Shown piece by piece: positions 39,071 to 64,000 of a stretch of DNA of 64,000 nt. The stretch lies in NCBI RefSeq assembly GCF_009914755.1, contig NC_060942.1; one strand, 5' to 3'. The translations under genes and the position numbers were made by a program. Source of the DNA: the human T2T-CHM13v2.0 reference genome, Homo sapiens. The notes under the pieces were generated by a model. That model was not told where the DNA came from and searched no databases. It was given only the letters and a program-made list of their open reading frames with translations. Each line of letters starts with the position of its first letter. Positions within the stretch are counted from its first letter, which is position 1.

Positions 39071-41220
39071 CATTTTAACTATTTGTAAATGGTATAATTC
39101 AGTAGAATTAATTACGTTCACAGTGCTGTGTACCCATCACTGTTATCTGTACTCAAAACTGTTCATCACTGCCAACATAAACTCCATATTTTTAAAGAAT
39201 GCCTCCCCCTTCCTCCTCCCTCTACCCCCTATTCAACTGTCTGTCTATAAATTTGACTAGGTACTGCATGTAAGTGGAATCACAGTATTTGTCCATTTGC
39301 AACTGGCTTATTTCACTAAGTAAAATGTTTTCATGGTCTGTCCATTTTGTAGCATATATTAACTTTATTCCTTTTTATGGCTGAGTAATATTCCATTGTG
39401 TGTGTATACCACATTTTGTTTATCCATTCATTTGTAGATGGACCCTTGGGTTGTTTCTACTTCGTGGCTATTGTGAATACTGCTACTATGAGCATTGTTG
39501 TACAGATAAATGTTTGAGACCGTGCTTTCGATTCTTTTGGAAATATACCTAGGAGTAGAATTGCTGGCTCATATGGTAGTTCTATGTTTCACGTTTTTAG
39601 GAACTGTCAGACTTTTCCATAGCAGCTACACCATTTTACATTCCTACCAGCAATGCTCAAGGGTTCCAGTTTTTCCAAATCTTCATCAGCACTTGTTGTG
39701 GTGCTATTTATTGTAGCCATCCTAGTGACTGTGTTGTGAAGTGGCATCTCCATTGTGGTTCTGATTTGCATTTCTCTAATAATTACTGATGTTGACCTTA
39801 TTTTCATGTGCTTATTGGTCAATTGTATGTCTTCCTGGGGAAAATACTATTCATATCCTTTGCCCATTTTTTTAAATTGGGTTTTTTGTTGTTATAGGAG
39901 TTCTTTATATATTCTGGATATTAATCCCTTATCTGTTATAGGTTGAGTATTCCTTATCCATAATGCTAGGATCCAGAAATGTTTTGGATTTTGGATTTTG
40001 GATTTTGCAATATTTGCATTTATACTTACCAGTTAAGCATTCGCCTACTTATTTATTTACTTAATAGAGTTGCCCAGGCTGGTCTTGAACTCCTGGGTTC
40101 AAGCGATCCTCCACCTTGGCCCCCCAGAGTGCTGGGATTACAGGTGTGAGCCACCGTGGCCAGCCCCAGTTAAGCATTCTAAATCCAAAAACTTGAAATT
40201 CGGTATGCTTCAATAAGCATTTTCTTTGAGCATCATGCCAGTGCTCAAAAAGTTTTGGAGTTTGGAGCATTTCAGATTTCAGATTTTTGGATTTGATATG
40301 CACAACCTGTAAATGATTTGCAAATATTTTCTCCCGTTCTGTGGGTTGCCTTTTTCACTCTTGATGGTTTCCTTTGATGCACGAAATTTTAAAATTTTGA
40401 AGTCTAGTTTATCTAAATTTTTTTCTTTTGTTTCCCATGCTTTTGGTGTTATATCCAGGAAAGCATTGCCAAATCCAGTGTCATGAAGACTTTCCCCAAT
40501 GTTTTCTTCTAAGATTGTTATAGAATCCTCAATTCAGGCTTGTATCCCCAATGTGGAGCTGAGAGCAAACACTGAGTCACCGGTACTTGGAGATAGAGAA
40601 AGGTTTATTCGATTTGGCTAAAGCAAGAAGATGGGAGGGCAAGATCTCTCGAATCCATCTAAACAAAAGGAAGCATTGGGTAGATTTTATGTGACTAGAT
40701 CTAGTAAGGGAGGGGGAGTTTCACAGAATCCAGTGGAAAAGTCTGTGTTTCTTTGGTCTCAGGTAACGCCTTGAGCAACCAGATGTCTGGTTGTTAGCAG
40801 CTGGTCACAGTGTCCTTAAAGCCATTCATTTCTTCTGGCAACATTTTTCTTTACATGACGCTGAAGTTATCTTCTCTTGATTGACAAAGAAGCAGTACAT
40901 CAACAGTTTATCATTATATTGTGGCAACAAGGGATATTCAGCAAAAAGTGAGTGGTTAACATGCGCAAGCAAGCAAGGGCCTGATACAAATTATTTATTT
41001 CAGTCATTAAAAAATGTTAGGGTGCTGAAATCTAGTTTTCCCAGCACCATTTCTTGAAAAGACCATTCTTTCCCCTGTTGAATGGTCTTGACACCTTTGT
41101 TGAAAATAATGGCTATATATATGGAGGATTGCATTCTGGGCTCTCTTGTGGACATTTATCTGTATGTCTCCTTGTCCTAATAGCACACTGTTTTAATTCC
41201 GGTAGCTTTGTAGCTTGAGT
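39071..41220 (-). mobile_element. L1MB-like fragment with a nested MER46/Tigger4-like element (~39938-40311, itself holding an Alu monomer) and an unclassified LTR-like insert (~40516-41030)
   Basis: L1 peptide NKHMKIRSTSVIIREMQIRTTM on minus; TIR-like ends taggttgagtat/tgcacaacctgta; monomer TSD ccagttaagcatt. Confidence 0.72.
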
Positions 41221-41484
41221 GGCTATTCAGACTGTTTTACAGCTCTTCTCAGGGGAGGAGTATGTCTGATTGCCTTTGCACTAGGGCTTCCCTAAGCCAA
41301 ACAGCTGCTTATGGGGAGGAAGGAATAGAAATTTATAGAATTATAAAAGTTTTTTTGGCGTTAAGTCTGAGGTGTGTCAGTTCAGTATACTATAGATTGG
41401 ATTTGGGAGTGGTGGCATAAGAAGGACTTTTCTTTGAATTTCAAGATACTTATTTGTATTTAGTTTAGTCATCTTTCATTAATA

Positions 41485-42174
41485 TATTAGCAGTGGCAAA
41501 TCCATATGGGTCTGCAGCAGCCTCATTTCTTGCCTCTTCAAAAGAAAGAATTCCACCTAGGGGCATAAGGCAGAGTAAGAGACTAAGATAAGTTTTAGAG
41601 CCAGAGTGGAAATTTGTTAAAAAATTTTACAGCAGAAATGAAGTAAAATACATTTGGAAGAGGGCCAAGTGGGTGACTTGAGAGAGTCAAATGCATGGTT
41701 TGATCTTGGACTTGGGTTGTTACACGTTGGCATGCTTCCCAGGGGTTGCGTCTCTTCTCTGATTCTTCCCTTGGGGTGGGCAGTCCGCATGTGCAGTGGC
41801 CCACTAGTGCCTGGGAGGGGCTGCGTGTGCAGTGTGTTTACTGGAGTTGCGCAGATGCTCACTTGAGGCGTTTTTCCCTTAACAGAATGTTCCTAGAAGG
41901 TCATAGATCAGTTAAGCTCCACCATTTTTCCTCTTAGTGCACATGCTTGAGCCCAGTCATCCAACTCCTCAGATCTTATCAGGAAGCTGCTGATCACCAG
42001 TTTCAGGTGTTTCTATCTGTTGGGAGACTACCTTTCCCTGGCACTGGCTGCAACCAATGATTAGTTTAGAGAGAAAGTTTAACAACTGCCTGATCATCAC
42101 CTGATGGTTGCTTGACATTCCTGGTGGGGTGGGGTCCTCTGCTGCCCTGCTCATGTCTGACTACCTACTGTAAC
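41485..42174 (-). mobile_element. ERV1 solo LTR (MER50-like)
   Basis: Minus strand begins tgttacagtaggtagtcagacatgagcagggcag; typical U5 end ...gctgcagacccatatggatttgccactgctaa. Confidence 0.7.
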
Positions 42175-42357
42175 AAATGCATTTATTTTCTCAACATTTG
42201 TGTTTGTATTAATTATTCAGTGGTGTCTGTAGACAAAAGTTTGCTAAGATGTTATCTTTGAAGTTTATGTAATATTATCCTTTTAATGTTGAGACTCTTT
42301 AAGAAGGATTTTGGTAACCATAGACAGTAATCTGTTGATTGCTAAACTTTATTGACT

Positions 42358-43455
<1,098 letters not shown>

Positions 43456-43844
43456 CTCATTTACAGTTAAAGGGTCTAATGCTTGCAGCATGCTTTGTGT
43501 GACAAAACTTCTTGTCTGAAAATTCTAACATTTTCTTTTTTTTTTGTGATCAGTTTGCTTAAGAGAGATTACTTATATAACAAAGGTAGGCTTTTGGAGG
43601 TAGACTTTTTTTTCATTAAAGGGAGTAATTAATTATAGCTCACTAATTTGTTAGTGATTCCCAGCTATATATGTGGTATTTTGCCATGTACTTGTAGGAA
43701 CTTGTGGCCCAGAGATGTATCCAAGCTTATATACCTAGTGAATGATAGAGGAGTTTCTGTGTGATTCCAGAGTCTGTGTGTCTTTTCCACTCTACCATGC
43801 TTTCTTTTTGTATATAATTTAAATTGTTATTATTTTTTTTTTAG

Positions 43845-44056
43845 GTTAAAAGGACAACTCTGGTGGATAGCAGAACATCTGTTACTGATGTGAAGTTTGC
43901 TCCCAAGCACATGGGTCTTATGTTAGCAACCTGTTCCGCAGATGGTATAGTAAGAATCTATGAGGCACCAGATGTTATGAATCTCAGCCAGTGGTCTTTG
44001 CAGCATGAGATCTCATGTAAGCTAAGCTGTAGTTGTATTTCTTGGAACCCTTCAAG
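43845..44056 (+). CDS. SEH1L: SEH1L exon 4 (212 nt)
   Basis: tttttag|GTT; [70 protein letters not shown]; AG|gtaagt. Confidence 0.98.
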
Positions 44057-44388
44057 GTAAGTTTACATATTAAACCTCTGATAACATCCTAGTAAAATAA
44101 ACTAGTAACTTTTAAGCTAACAATTTGATAATTTATTCTCTCAAAGGTGCTTCTTCTCAAGATATATAGAGTATATGTTCTCCATTTTTCACCCAGGCAT
44201 GTCATTTGTCCCTGTTTTCACTCAACAGAGGAAGCCGGCATTGTAAATATTTTCATGTGAACCTTTTGGATGTTTTCTATGCATATGCAAATAACTATTT
44301 AATGTTGTCATAAACACATATATGCAAACACGCCCAGATATTCACTAGCACAAGTAGACACAGAACACCAGATATTGAAACCCATACA

Positions 44389-47386
<2,998 letters not shown>

Positions 47387-47778
47387 AATCCTGCTTGACA
47401 CTCAGTGGTCCCTTTAAAAATAAATGTTATTGTCTCAAATTGGGGATATCTTATGATCCTTTGATAATTTCTTTTTATTCTCTTGTCTCTGTTCTGTCTT
47501 TCTGGCACTCCTATTTGATTATTCCAGGATTTACTCTCCATTTAAAACAAAATTGTTTGGAGATTTAGTACTCCATCTCCCAGATCTCCACTTTGTTCTC
47601 CAGGTATACATTTTTTCCCATCATTGAATTTTTGTATGAATGGCAATCATTTTTAATTGTTCAGAGTTTCTTTTTCTCTGATTACTTCTTTTTTATACCA
47701 GTTTTTGTTACATGTATTACACTATTTCCCTGTGGTTTCTAGTGAAGATTTTTTAAAATTTGCATTTGTTTGCTGAAT

Positions 47779-48716
<938 letters not shown>

Positions 48717-49617
48717 TGTGTTTTCTCAAATATCAGTTCTTTTCGTGTGCCTTGGTCTTTATCTTCTGCGCCACTTGTTTTTCTTGGGTGTCTGCTGATC
48801 TTTGCTTATTTATATTTATGAGTGAGTGACTGTTACTGCTATTAGAGCAAACTGGTATTGGCATTTTTCTCCTGCTGGGTGCTCTGTTGTGTTAACAACT
48901 TACTCTCTCAACTAGGGAGGCTGACTGAATTTTGTGGAATGGGTGGAGTGGGTTGACAGGGTTTCCTAAGGATGTGTGAGCCAAGAGCAGGCTGGGGCAC
49001 CCTCCAACTGACAAAGCAAGAAAGATTTTCCGTTGAGCACGATGAACCATTGGGGCGCAGTTCCTTCCTCCCTGCCCCTTTCCCTGTTGGTTTTGGAGTG
49101 CTCCTTTATTTCCAGCTCTTACCTTTTCTTTTTCAAGTTCTAATTGTCTCACTAAGACAATGTTTTTTGACCAAATCACTCCATGATTGTCCGTGACTCA
49201 TTTATATTCTTTGCATTTATTAATTGGAGGTTGGACCTTCTGGAATTTTCTACTTACTGATGGTGATACGGACTCTTTTTTCCTTTGTATTTTCTTTCTC
49301 AGTCTGATCTGCTTCCTGACTTCCTGGAAACCCTCCAAATTTCTTGATTTCTAATGGCACTCTTTCTAGATTTCTAGCCCTGTACGATAATATTCTTTCA
49401 TCATTTCAGTGGGCTTTTGGAGGGAGGCGGAGATCCAGGTGATCTGTCTACACTATTCAGTCAGAAAGCTGGATGGTTTTTCTCACTGTTTAGCTGTGAC
49501 TCATACTTAGAAAGTGGTTTAAATGTGAATATCTTAGTTCTGGTTGTACAATTGAGGTAATCCTCAATTCAGGTTGCTGTCTGGACATTTCATGACTGGA
49601 TTTAAAAATATTTTTAA

Positions 49618-51408
<1,791 letters not shown>

Positions 51409-51838
51409 GTGTTTCTTCTTTTTGTCAAAGCACTTAAGATCTTTTTGTCATGAAGTTAGTCACAGTAGGGTTACTTTTTGTTTCATAGTTAATGACCAAA
51501 AATTTCAGGAGGAAAAATTACTAAGACCTCTTAAGTATCTTTTAAAAATATGTTGAATGCTTGAAAGCTTTTTTCAGGCAAAGAGCTCCTTTCTATCTGA
51601 GCCATAAGAATATGCTAAAAACAGTTCATAAGGATGGAATCTTCAGTTCCCATGTGTGACATTCTCAGGTGCATACTTGCAGTGTGGCCATGTCAGCTAT
51701 GTGGCAGAGACCTAGATTCACTAGTAGTGTGACAGGCTAACTGTAAGCTGGTTGTCTGCTTGCCTCCAGTGTGTTCATTCTGTGAATGAAATGTGTATTT
51801 CTTTTGTTATCTAAAATGTTCTTTCTCCCCGTTTCTAG

Positions 51839-51937
51839 CTCTCGTGCTCATTCCCCCATGATCGCCGTAGGAAGTGATGACAGTAGCCCCAACGCAATGG
51901 CCAAGGTTCAGATTTTTGAATATAATGAAAACACCAG
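51839..51937 (+). CDS. SEH1L: SEH1L exon 5 (99 nt)
   Basis: ttctag|C; (S)[32 protein letters not shown](R); AG|gtcagt. Confidence 0.97.
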
Positions 51938-52054
51938 GTCAGTCCTGCTTTGGTTTTAATAATTGTTCAGAATTGCATTTAATTTTTTAAAATGTTATTT
52001 CTTTATTCATTTACAGAATTATGTGTCATTCATCATATGTTTGCTGATTTACTA

Positions 52055-58829
<6,775 letters not shown>

Positions 58830-58891
58830 TAAATTTTTATTAAAGCGTTTCGAGCTAAATGTACATTATTAAAGGAGGAAACGTGGGAGGT

Positions 58892-59324
58892 TGTATTAAT
58901 TTCCTAGGGCTGCCATAACAAATTACCACAAATCAGGTGGCTTAACACAGAAATGTATTCACTCACAGTTCTGGAGGTCGGAAGTCTGAAATCAAGGTGT
59001 TGGGGCTGTGCTTCCTCTAGAATCCTTCCTGGTCTAGTCCAGCTCCTGCTGGCTCCGGGAGTTCTTTGGCTTGTGGCAGCATAACTCCAATCTCTGCCTC
59101 TGTGTTCACATGGCTGCCTCCTCTCTGTCTCTGCGTTTCTTCTCTTCTTTTTAAAGAATACTTACTGCACGTTGGATTTAGGACCCACCCTAAATCTCGG
59201 ATGTCATTCTGAGGTCCTTAATTACATTTTCAAAGACGCTATTTTTGAATAAGGTCACATTCACAGGGTCTGGGGGTCAGGACTTGGACATATTCTTTTG
59301 GGGGCTGCTGTTGAGCCCACTACA
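58892..59324 (-). mobile_element. MLT1C-like solo LTR
   Basis: tgtattaatttcctagggctgccataac...cccactaca with perfect 5-bp TSD gaggt. Confidence 0.87.
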
Positions 59325-59437
59325 GAGGTGAGCACTACATGATTGTGAGCAGTGTGAAAAAAAGGTGAGATGCAGTGATGTGTGGATTTTTGCACATTTT
59401 ATTTCTAAAATGTTAATGTCAATTGTTTTTCCATTAG

Positions 59438-59578
59438 GAAATATGCAAAAGCTGAAACTCTTATGACAGTCACTGATCCTGTTCATGATATTGCATTCGC
59501 TCCAAATTTGGGAAGATCTTTCCATATTCTAGCAATAGCGACCAAAGATGTGAGAATTTTTACATTAAAGCCTGTGAG
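59438..59578 (+). CDS. SEH1L: SEH1L exon 6 (141 nt)
   Basis: cattag|G; [46 protein letters not shown](R); AG|gtgagt. Confidence 0.98.
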
Positions 59579-59753
59579 GTGAGTTTTAGAAGCATTTATG
59601 AATTTGAAAATACTCTTGCCTTCTGATTACCTTTGTTTGTGGAGGAGAGAGTAGAGGTAACTATGATTTGGTTTATATTTCTGCTCTGGAAGTTTTACTT
59701 AAAAATGTAAACTTTGAAATGTTTTTTAAAAATGGTCTTTTACAGTTACTTTT

Positions 59754-62255
59754 TTTTCTTTCTTTTTTTTTTTATTGATCATTCTTGGGTGTTTCTCCCA
59801 GAGGGGGATTTGGCAGGGTCATAGGACAATAGTGGAGGGAAGGTCAGCAGATAAACAAGTGAACAAAGGTCTCTGGTTTTCCTAGGCAGAGGACCCTGCG
59901 GCCTTCTGCAGTGTTTGTGTCCCTGGGTACTTGAGATTAGGGAGTGGCGATGACTCTTAACGAGCATGCTGCCTTCAAGCATCTGTTTAACAAAGCACAT
60001 CTTGCACCACCCTTAATCCATTCAACCCTGAGTGGACACAGCACATGTTTCAGAGAGCACAGGGTTGGGGGTAAGGTCACAGATCAACAGGATCCCAAGG
60101 CAGAAGAATTTTTCTTAGTATAGAACAAAATGAAAAGTCTCCCATGTCTACTTCTTTCTACACAGACACGGCAACCATCCGATTTCTCAATCTTTTCCCC
60201 ACCTTTCCCCGCTTTCTATTCCACAAAACCACCATTGTCATCATGGCCTGTTCTCAATGAGCTGTTGAGTACACCTCCCAGACGGGGTGGTGGCTGGGCA
60301 GAGGGGCTCCTCACTTCCCAGTAGGGGCGGCCGGGCAGAGGCGCCCCTCACCTCCCGGACGGGGTGGCTGGCTGGGCGGGGGGCTGACCCCCCCACCTCC
60401 CTCCCGGACGGGGCGGCTGGCCGGGCGGGGGGCTGACCCCCCCACCTCCCTCCCGGACGGGGCGGCTGTCCGGGCAGAGGGGCTCCTCACTTCCCAGTAG
60501 GGGCGGCCGGGCAGAGGCACCCCTCACCTCCCGAATGGGGCGGCTGGCCGGGCGGGGGGCTGACCCCCCCACCTCCTTCGCGGACGGGGCGGCTGGCCGG
60601 GCAGAGGGGCTCCTCACTTCCCAGTAGGGGCGGCCGGGCAGAGGTGCCCCTCACCTCCCGGACGGGGCGGCTGGCCGGGCGCGGGGCTGACCCCCCCACC
60701 TCCCTCCCGGACGGGCGGCTGACCCCCCCACCTCCCTCCTGGACGGGGCGGCTGGCCGGGCGGGGGGCTGACCCCCCCCCACCTCCCTCCCGGACAGGGC
60801 GGCTGTCCGGGCAGAGGGGCTCCTCACTTCCCAGTAGGGGCGGCCGGGCAGAGGCACCCCTCACCTCCCGGATGGGGCGGCTGGCCGGGCGGGGGGCTGA
60901 CCCCCCCACCTCCCTCCCGGACGGGGCGGCTGGCCCCCCCACCTCCCTCCCGGTCGGGGCGGCTGGCCGGGCAGAGGGGCTCCTCACTTCCCAGTAGGGG
61001 CGGCCGGGCAGAGGCGCCCCTCACCTCCCGGACAGGGCGGCTGGCAGGGCGGGGGGCTGACCCCCCCACCTCCCTCCCGGACGGGGCGGCTGGCCGGGCG
61101 GGGGGCTGACCCCCCAACCTCCCTCCCGGACGGGGCGGCTGGCCGGGCGGGGGGCTGATCCCCCAACCTCCCTCCCGGACGGGGCGGCTGGCCGGGCGGG
61201 GGGCTGACCCCCCCACCTCCCTCCCGGACGGGGCGGCTGGCCGGGCGGGGGGCTGACCCCCCCACCTCCCTCCCGGACGGGGCAGCTGGCCGGGCAGAGG
61301 GGCTCCTCTCTTCCCAGTAGGGGCGGCCGGGCAGAGGCGCCCCTCACCTCCCAGACAGGGTGGCTGGCAGGGCGGGGGGCTGACACCCCCCACTTCCCTC
61401 CCGGACGGGGCGGCTGGCCGGGCGGGGAGCTGACCTCCCCACCTCCCTCCCGGACGGGGTGGCTGGCCGGGCAGAGGGGCTCCTCACTTCCCAGTAGGGG
61501 CGGCCGGGCAGAGGCGCCCCTCACCTCCCGGACGGGGCGGCTGGCCGGGCGGGGGGCTGACCCCCCCACTTCCCTTCCGGACGGGGCGGCTGGCCGGGCG
61601 GGGGGCTGACCCCCCCCACCTCCCTTCCGGACGGGGCGGCTGGCCGGGCGGGGGGCTGACCCCCACCTCCCTCCCGGACGGGGTGGCTGCCGGGCGGAGA
61701 TGCTCCTCACTTCCCAGACGGGGTGGCTGCCGGGCGGAGGGGCTCCTCACTTCTCAGACGGTGTGGCTGCCGGGCGGAGGGGCTTCTCACTTCTCAGACG
61801 GGGCGGTTGCCAGGCAGAGGGTCTCCTCACTTCTCAGACAGGGCGGCCGGGCAGAGATGCTCCCCACATCTCAGATGATGGGCGGCCGGGCAGAGACGCT
61901 CCTCACTTCCTAGATGGGATGGCGGCCGGGCAGAGACGCTCCTCACTTTCCAGACTGGGCAGCCAGGCAGAGAGGCTCCTCACATCCCAGACGATGGGTG
62001 GCCAGGCAGAGACGCTCCTCACTTCCCAGACGGGGTGGCGGCCGGGCAGAGGCTGCAATCTCGGCACTTTGGGGGGCCAAGGCAGGCAGCTGGGAGGTGG
62101 AGGTTGTAGCGAGCCGAGATCACGCCACTGCACTCCAGCCTGGGCACCATTGAGCACTGAGTGAATGCAACTCCGTCTGCCATCCCGGCACCTCGGGAGG
62201 CCGAGGCTGGCGGATCACTCGCGGTTAGGAGCTGGAGACCAGCCCGGCCAACACC
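59754..62255 (-). mobile_element. SVA retrotransposon (SVA_D-like), 5'-truncated, antisense in intron 6
   Basis: Poly-T, SINE-R (~59775-60275), GC-rich VNTR (~60275-62040), Alu-like domain, no (CCCTCT)n; 13-bp TSD tacagttactttt at 59741-59753 and 62256-62268; TTTT/AA target. Confidence 0.96.
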
Positions 62256-62498
62256 TACAGTTACTTTTAAATTAATGTCATTTTTGAAGAATGGATTATT
62301 TAATGAACATTTTATATATAAATATATGTCTTTTTGGAAAGGGGAATTGAGTCAAGAGCAGATTTATATTCTCTTAACTGTGCTTTATTTAGGCTGAAAC
62401 TAACAATTCTCCAAATATAACTGATAATCTATAAATATTTAATGACAAGTGGCAGTCTATTTAGGGAAAACTAAATTAGTATTGAGACAGTCTTGTGA

Positions 62499-62900
<402 letters not shown>

Positions 62901-63252
62901 TTGCCCTGCCTTTTTAAATTAATTATTGTCATCTATTTTATTCTTCTGCCTTGTGTGGGAGAATAAAATCATCCTGTTTTGTTGTTTCTTTCTTCCATGA
63001 AACAGTCACTGAGTATCATTTATGTGCTGGGATCACTCCAGGTCTTGGCGAGTTAAATGAAAATGACATTGGCCCAGCTCAAGGGCCAAGGTGTGGGGTT
63101 TGGGCAGATGTGCACATTATTATAAAGTGATGTGGTGGCGAGACCACTTGTATTAATTTAGAATTTTACGTGTGTATATATATATGTGTGTGTATATATA
63201 TATGTTTTAAAACTTTGTTTGGAATGCCTCAGAAAATGTTTTTTATTAACAG

Positions 63253-63410
63253 GAAAGAACTGACTTCCTCTGGTGGGCCAACAAAGTTTGAAATCCATAT
63301 AGTGGCTCAGTTCGATAATCATAATTCTCAGGTCTGGCGAGTGAGTTGGAATATAACAGGAACGGTGCTAGCATCTTCAGGAGATGATGGGTGTGTAAGA
63401 TTGTGGAAAG
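63253..63410 (+). CDS. SEH1L: SEH1L exon 7 (158 nt); gene continues beyond the window
   Basis: taacag|G; [52 protein letters not shown]; G|gtaaga. Confidence 0.98.
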
Positions 63411-64000
63411 GTAAGAGTTCAGTGAAGGGGTAATTGTTGGTTTATATTTCTGCTCTGCAATTTTTACTTAAAATGTAAACTCTGAAATATTTTTTGAAAA
63501 TGGTCTTTTACAGTTACTTTTAATGTCATATTAATTTATGTTATTTTGAACATCAGTTTACCTAGTTCATAGAAGTTAATGACTGAATTGTTTTTTAAGT
63601 TATGTGGAACAGAGCAGTTTTCAAAACTAAAGTAATTACAACAGAATATGCAATATCTCCAATAAAAAGATACCAGTTGTCATATATGTACCTTACATGA
63701 CTGCTCTACAAACTCAGGCTAGGACTGTAGTGGCTCCTTTTTTATCAAATAAATTGCTTTAGACAATCCATCCTTAATAGGAGAAAATCCAGTATCTTCC
63801 CTGCTTCTTCTCTGCAGCTCCCATAAGTTAAGAGCCTTGGGGGCCCTGATTGTAAGTTTCTTCTAAGTGCCAGGCTGAGTGAGAAGGTCTGGTCAGTTGA
63901 CACTGACTGTGGTCTCTGTAGCTTGGTTCTGCACTTCTCCTTGGATGATTATCCATTAGGCAGAGATGTCTGTGATTTGTGCACCACCATAGAATGGTGT

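Noticed and set aside
60311-62164. Long Pro/Gly/Arg-rich ORFs and a regularly repeated array superficially like a CRISPR
   Set aside because: This is the SVA VNTR; there are no unique spacers or cas genes and the context is eukaryotic
63437-63550. Intron-encoded snoRNA duplicated in adjacent introns
   Set aside because: No C/D box pair or clear H/ACA hairpin architecture; very AT-rich

Overview
Human/hominoid genomic DNA, dense in Alus. It contains the 5' part of SEH1L, a WD40 nucleoporin of the Nup107-160 complex and a GATOR2 subunit, on the + strand. Present are the CpG-island promoter (~28.0-29.4 kb) and coding exons 1-7 (919 nt, all GT-AG, phases consistent); the gene continues past the window end. 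The upstream 28 kb is repeat-derived: an L1PB 3' end, MLT1 LTRs, a decayed two-LTR ERV-L provirus with nested insertions, L1M fragments and many Alus. No new protein-coding system is supported, and most listed ORFs are Alu/L1/SVA artefacts. The most unusual feature is a ~480-bp near-identical inverted copy of the intron 2 3' end plus the first 50 nt of exon 3, inserted 882 bp downstream in intron 3. It is fused to a 5'-truncated AluY and preceded by a fold-back palindrome, and is predicted to form a long pre-mRNA hairpin burying the exon 3 acceptor. Also seen: two further local non-TE duplications, an 11-unit ~27-bp GC-box minisatellite at the promoter, and an antisense SVA in intron 6. Repeat subfamily names were recognised by eye and their boundaries are approximate.
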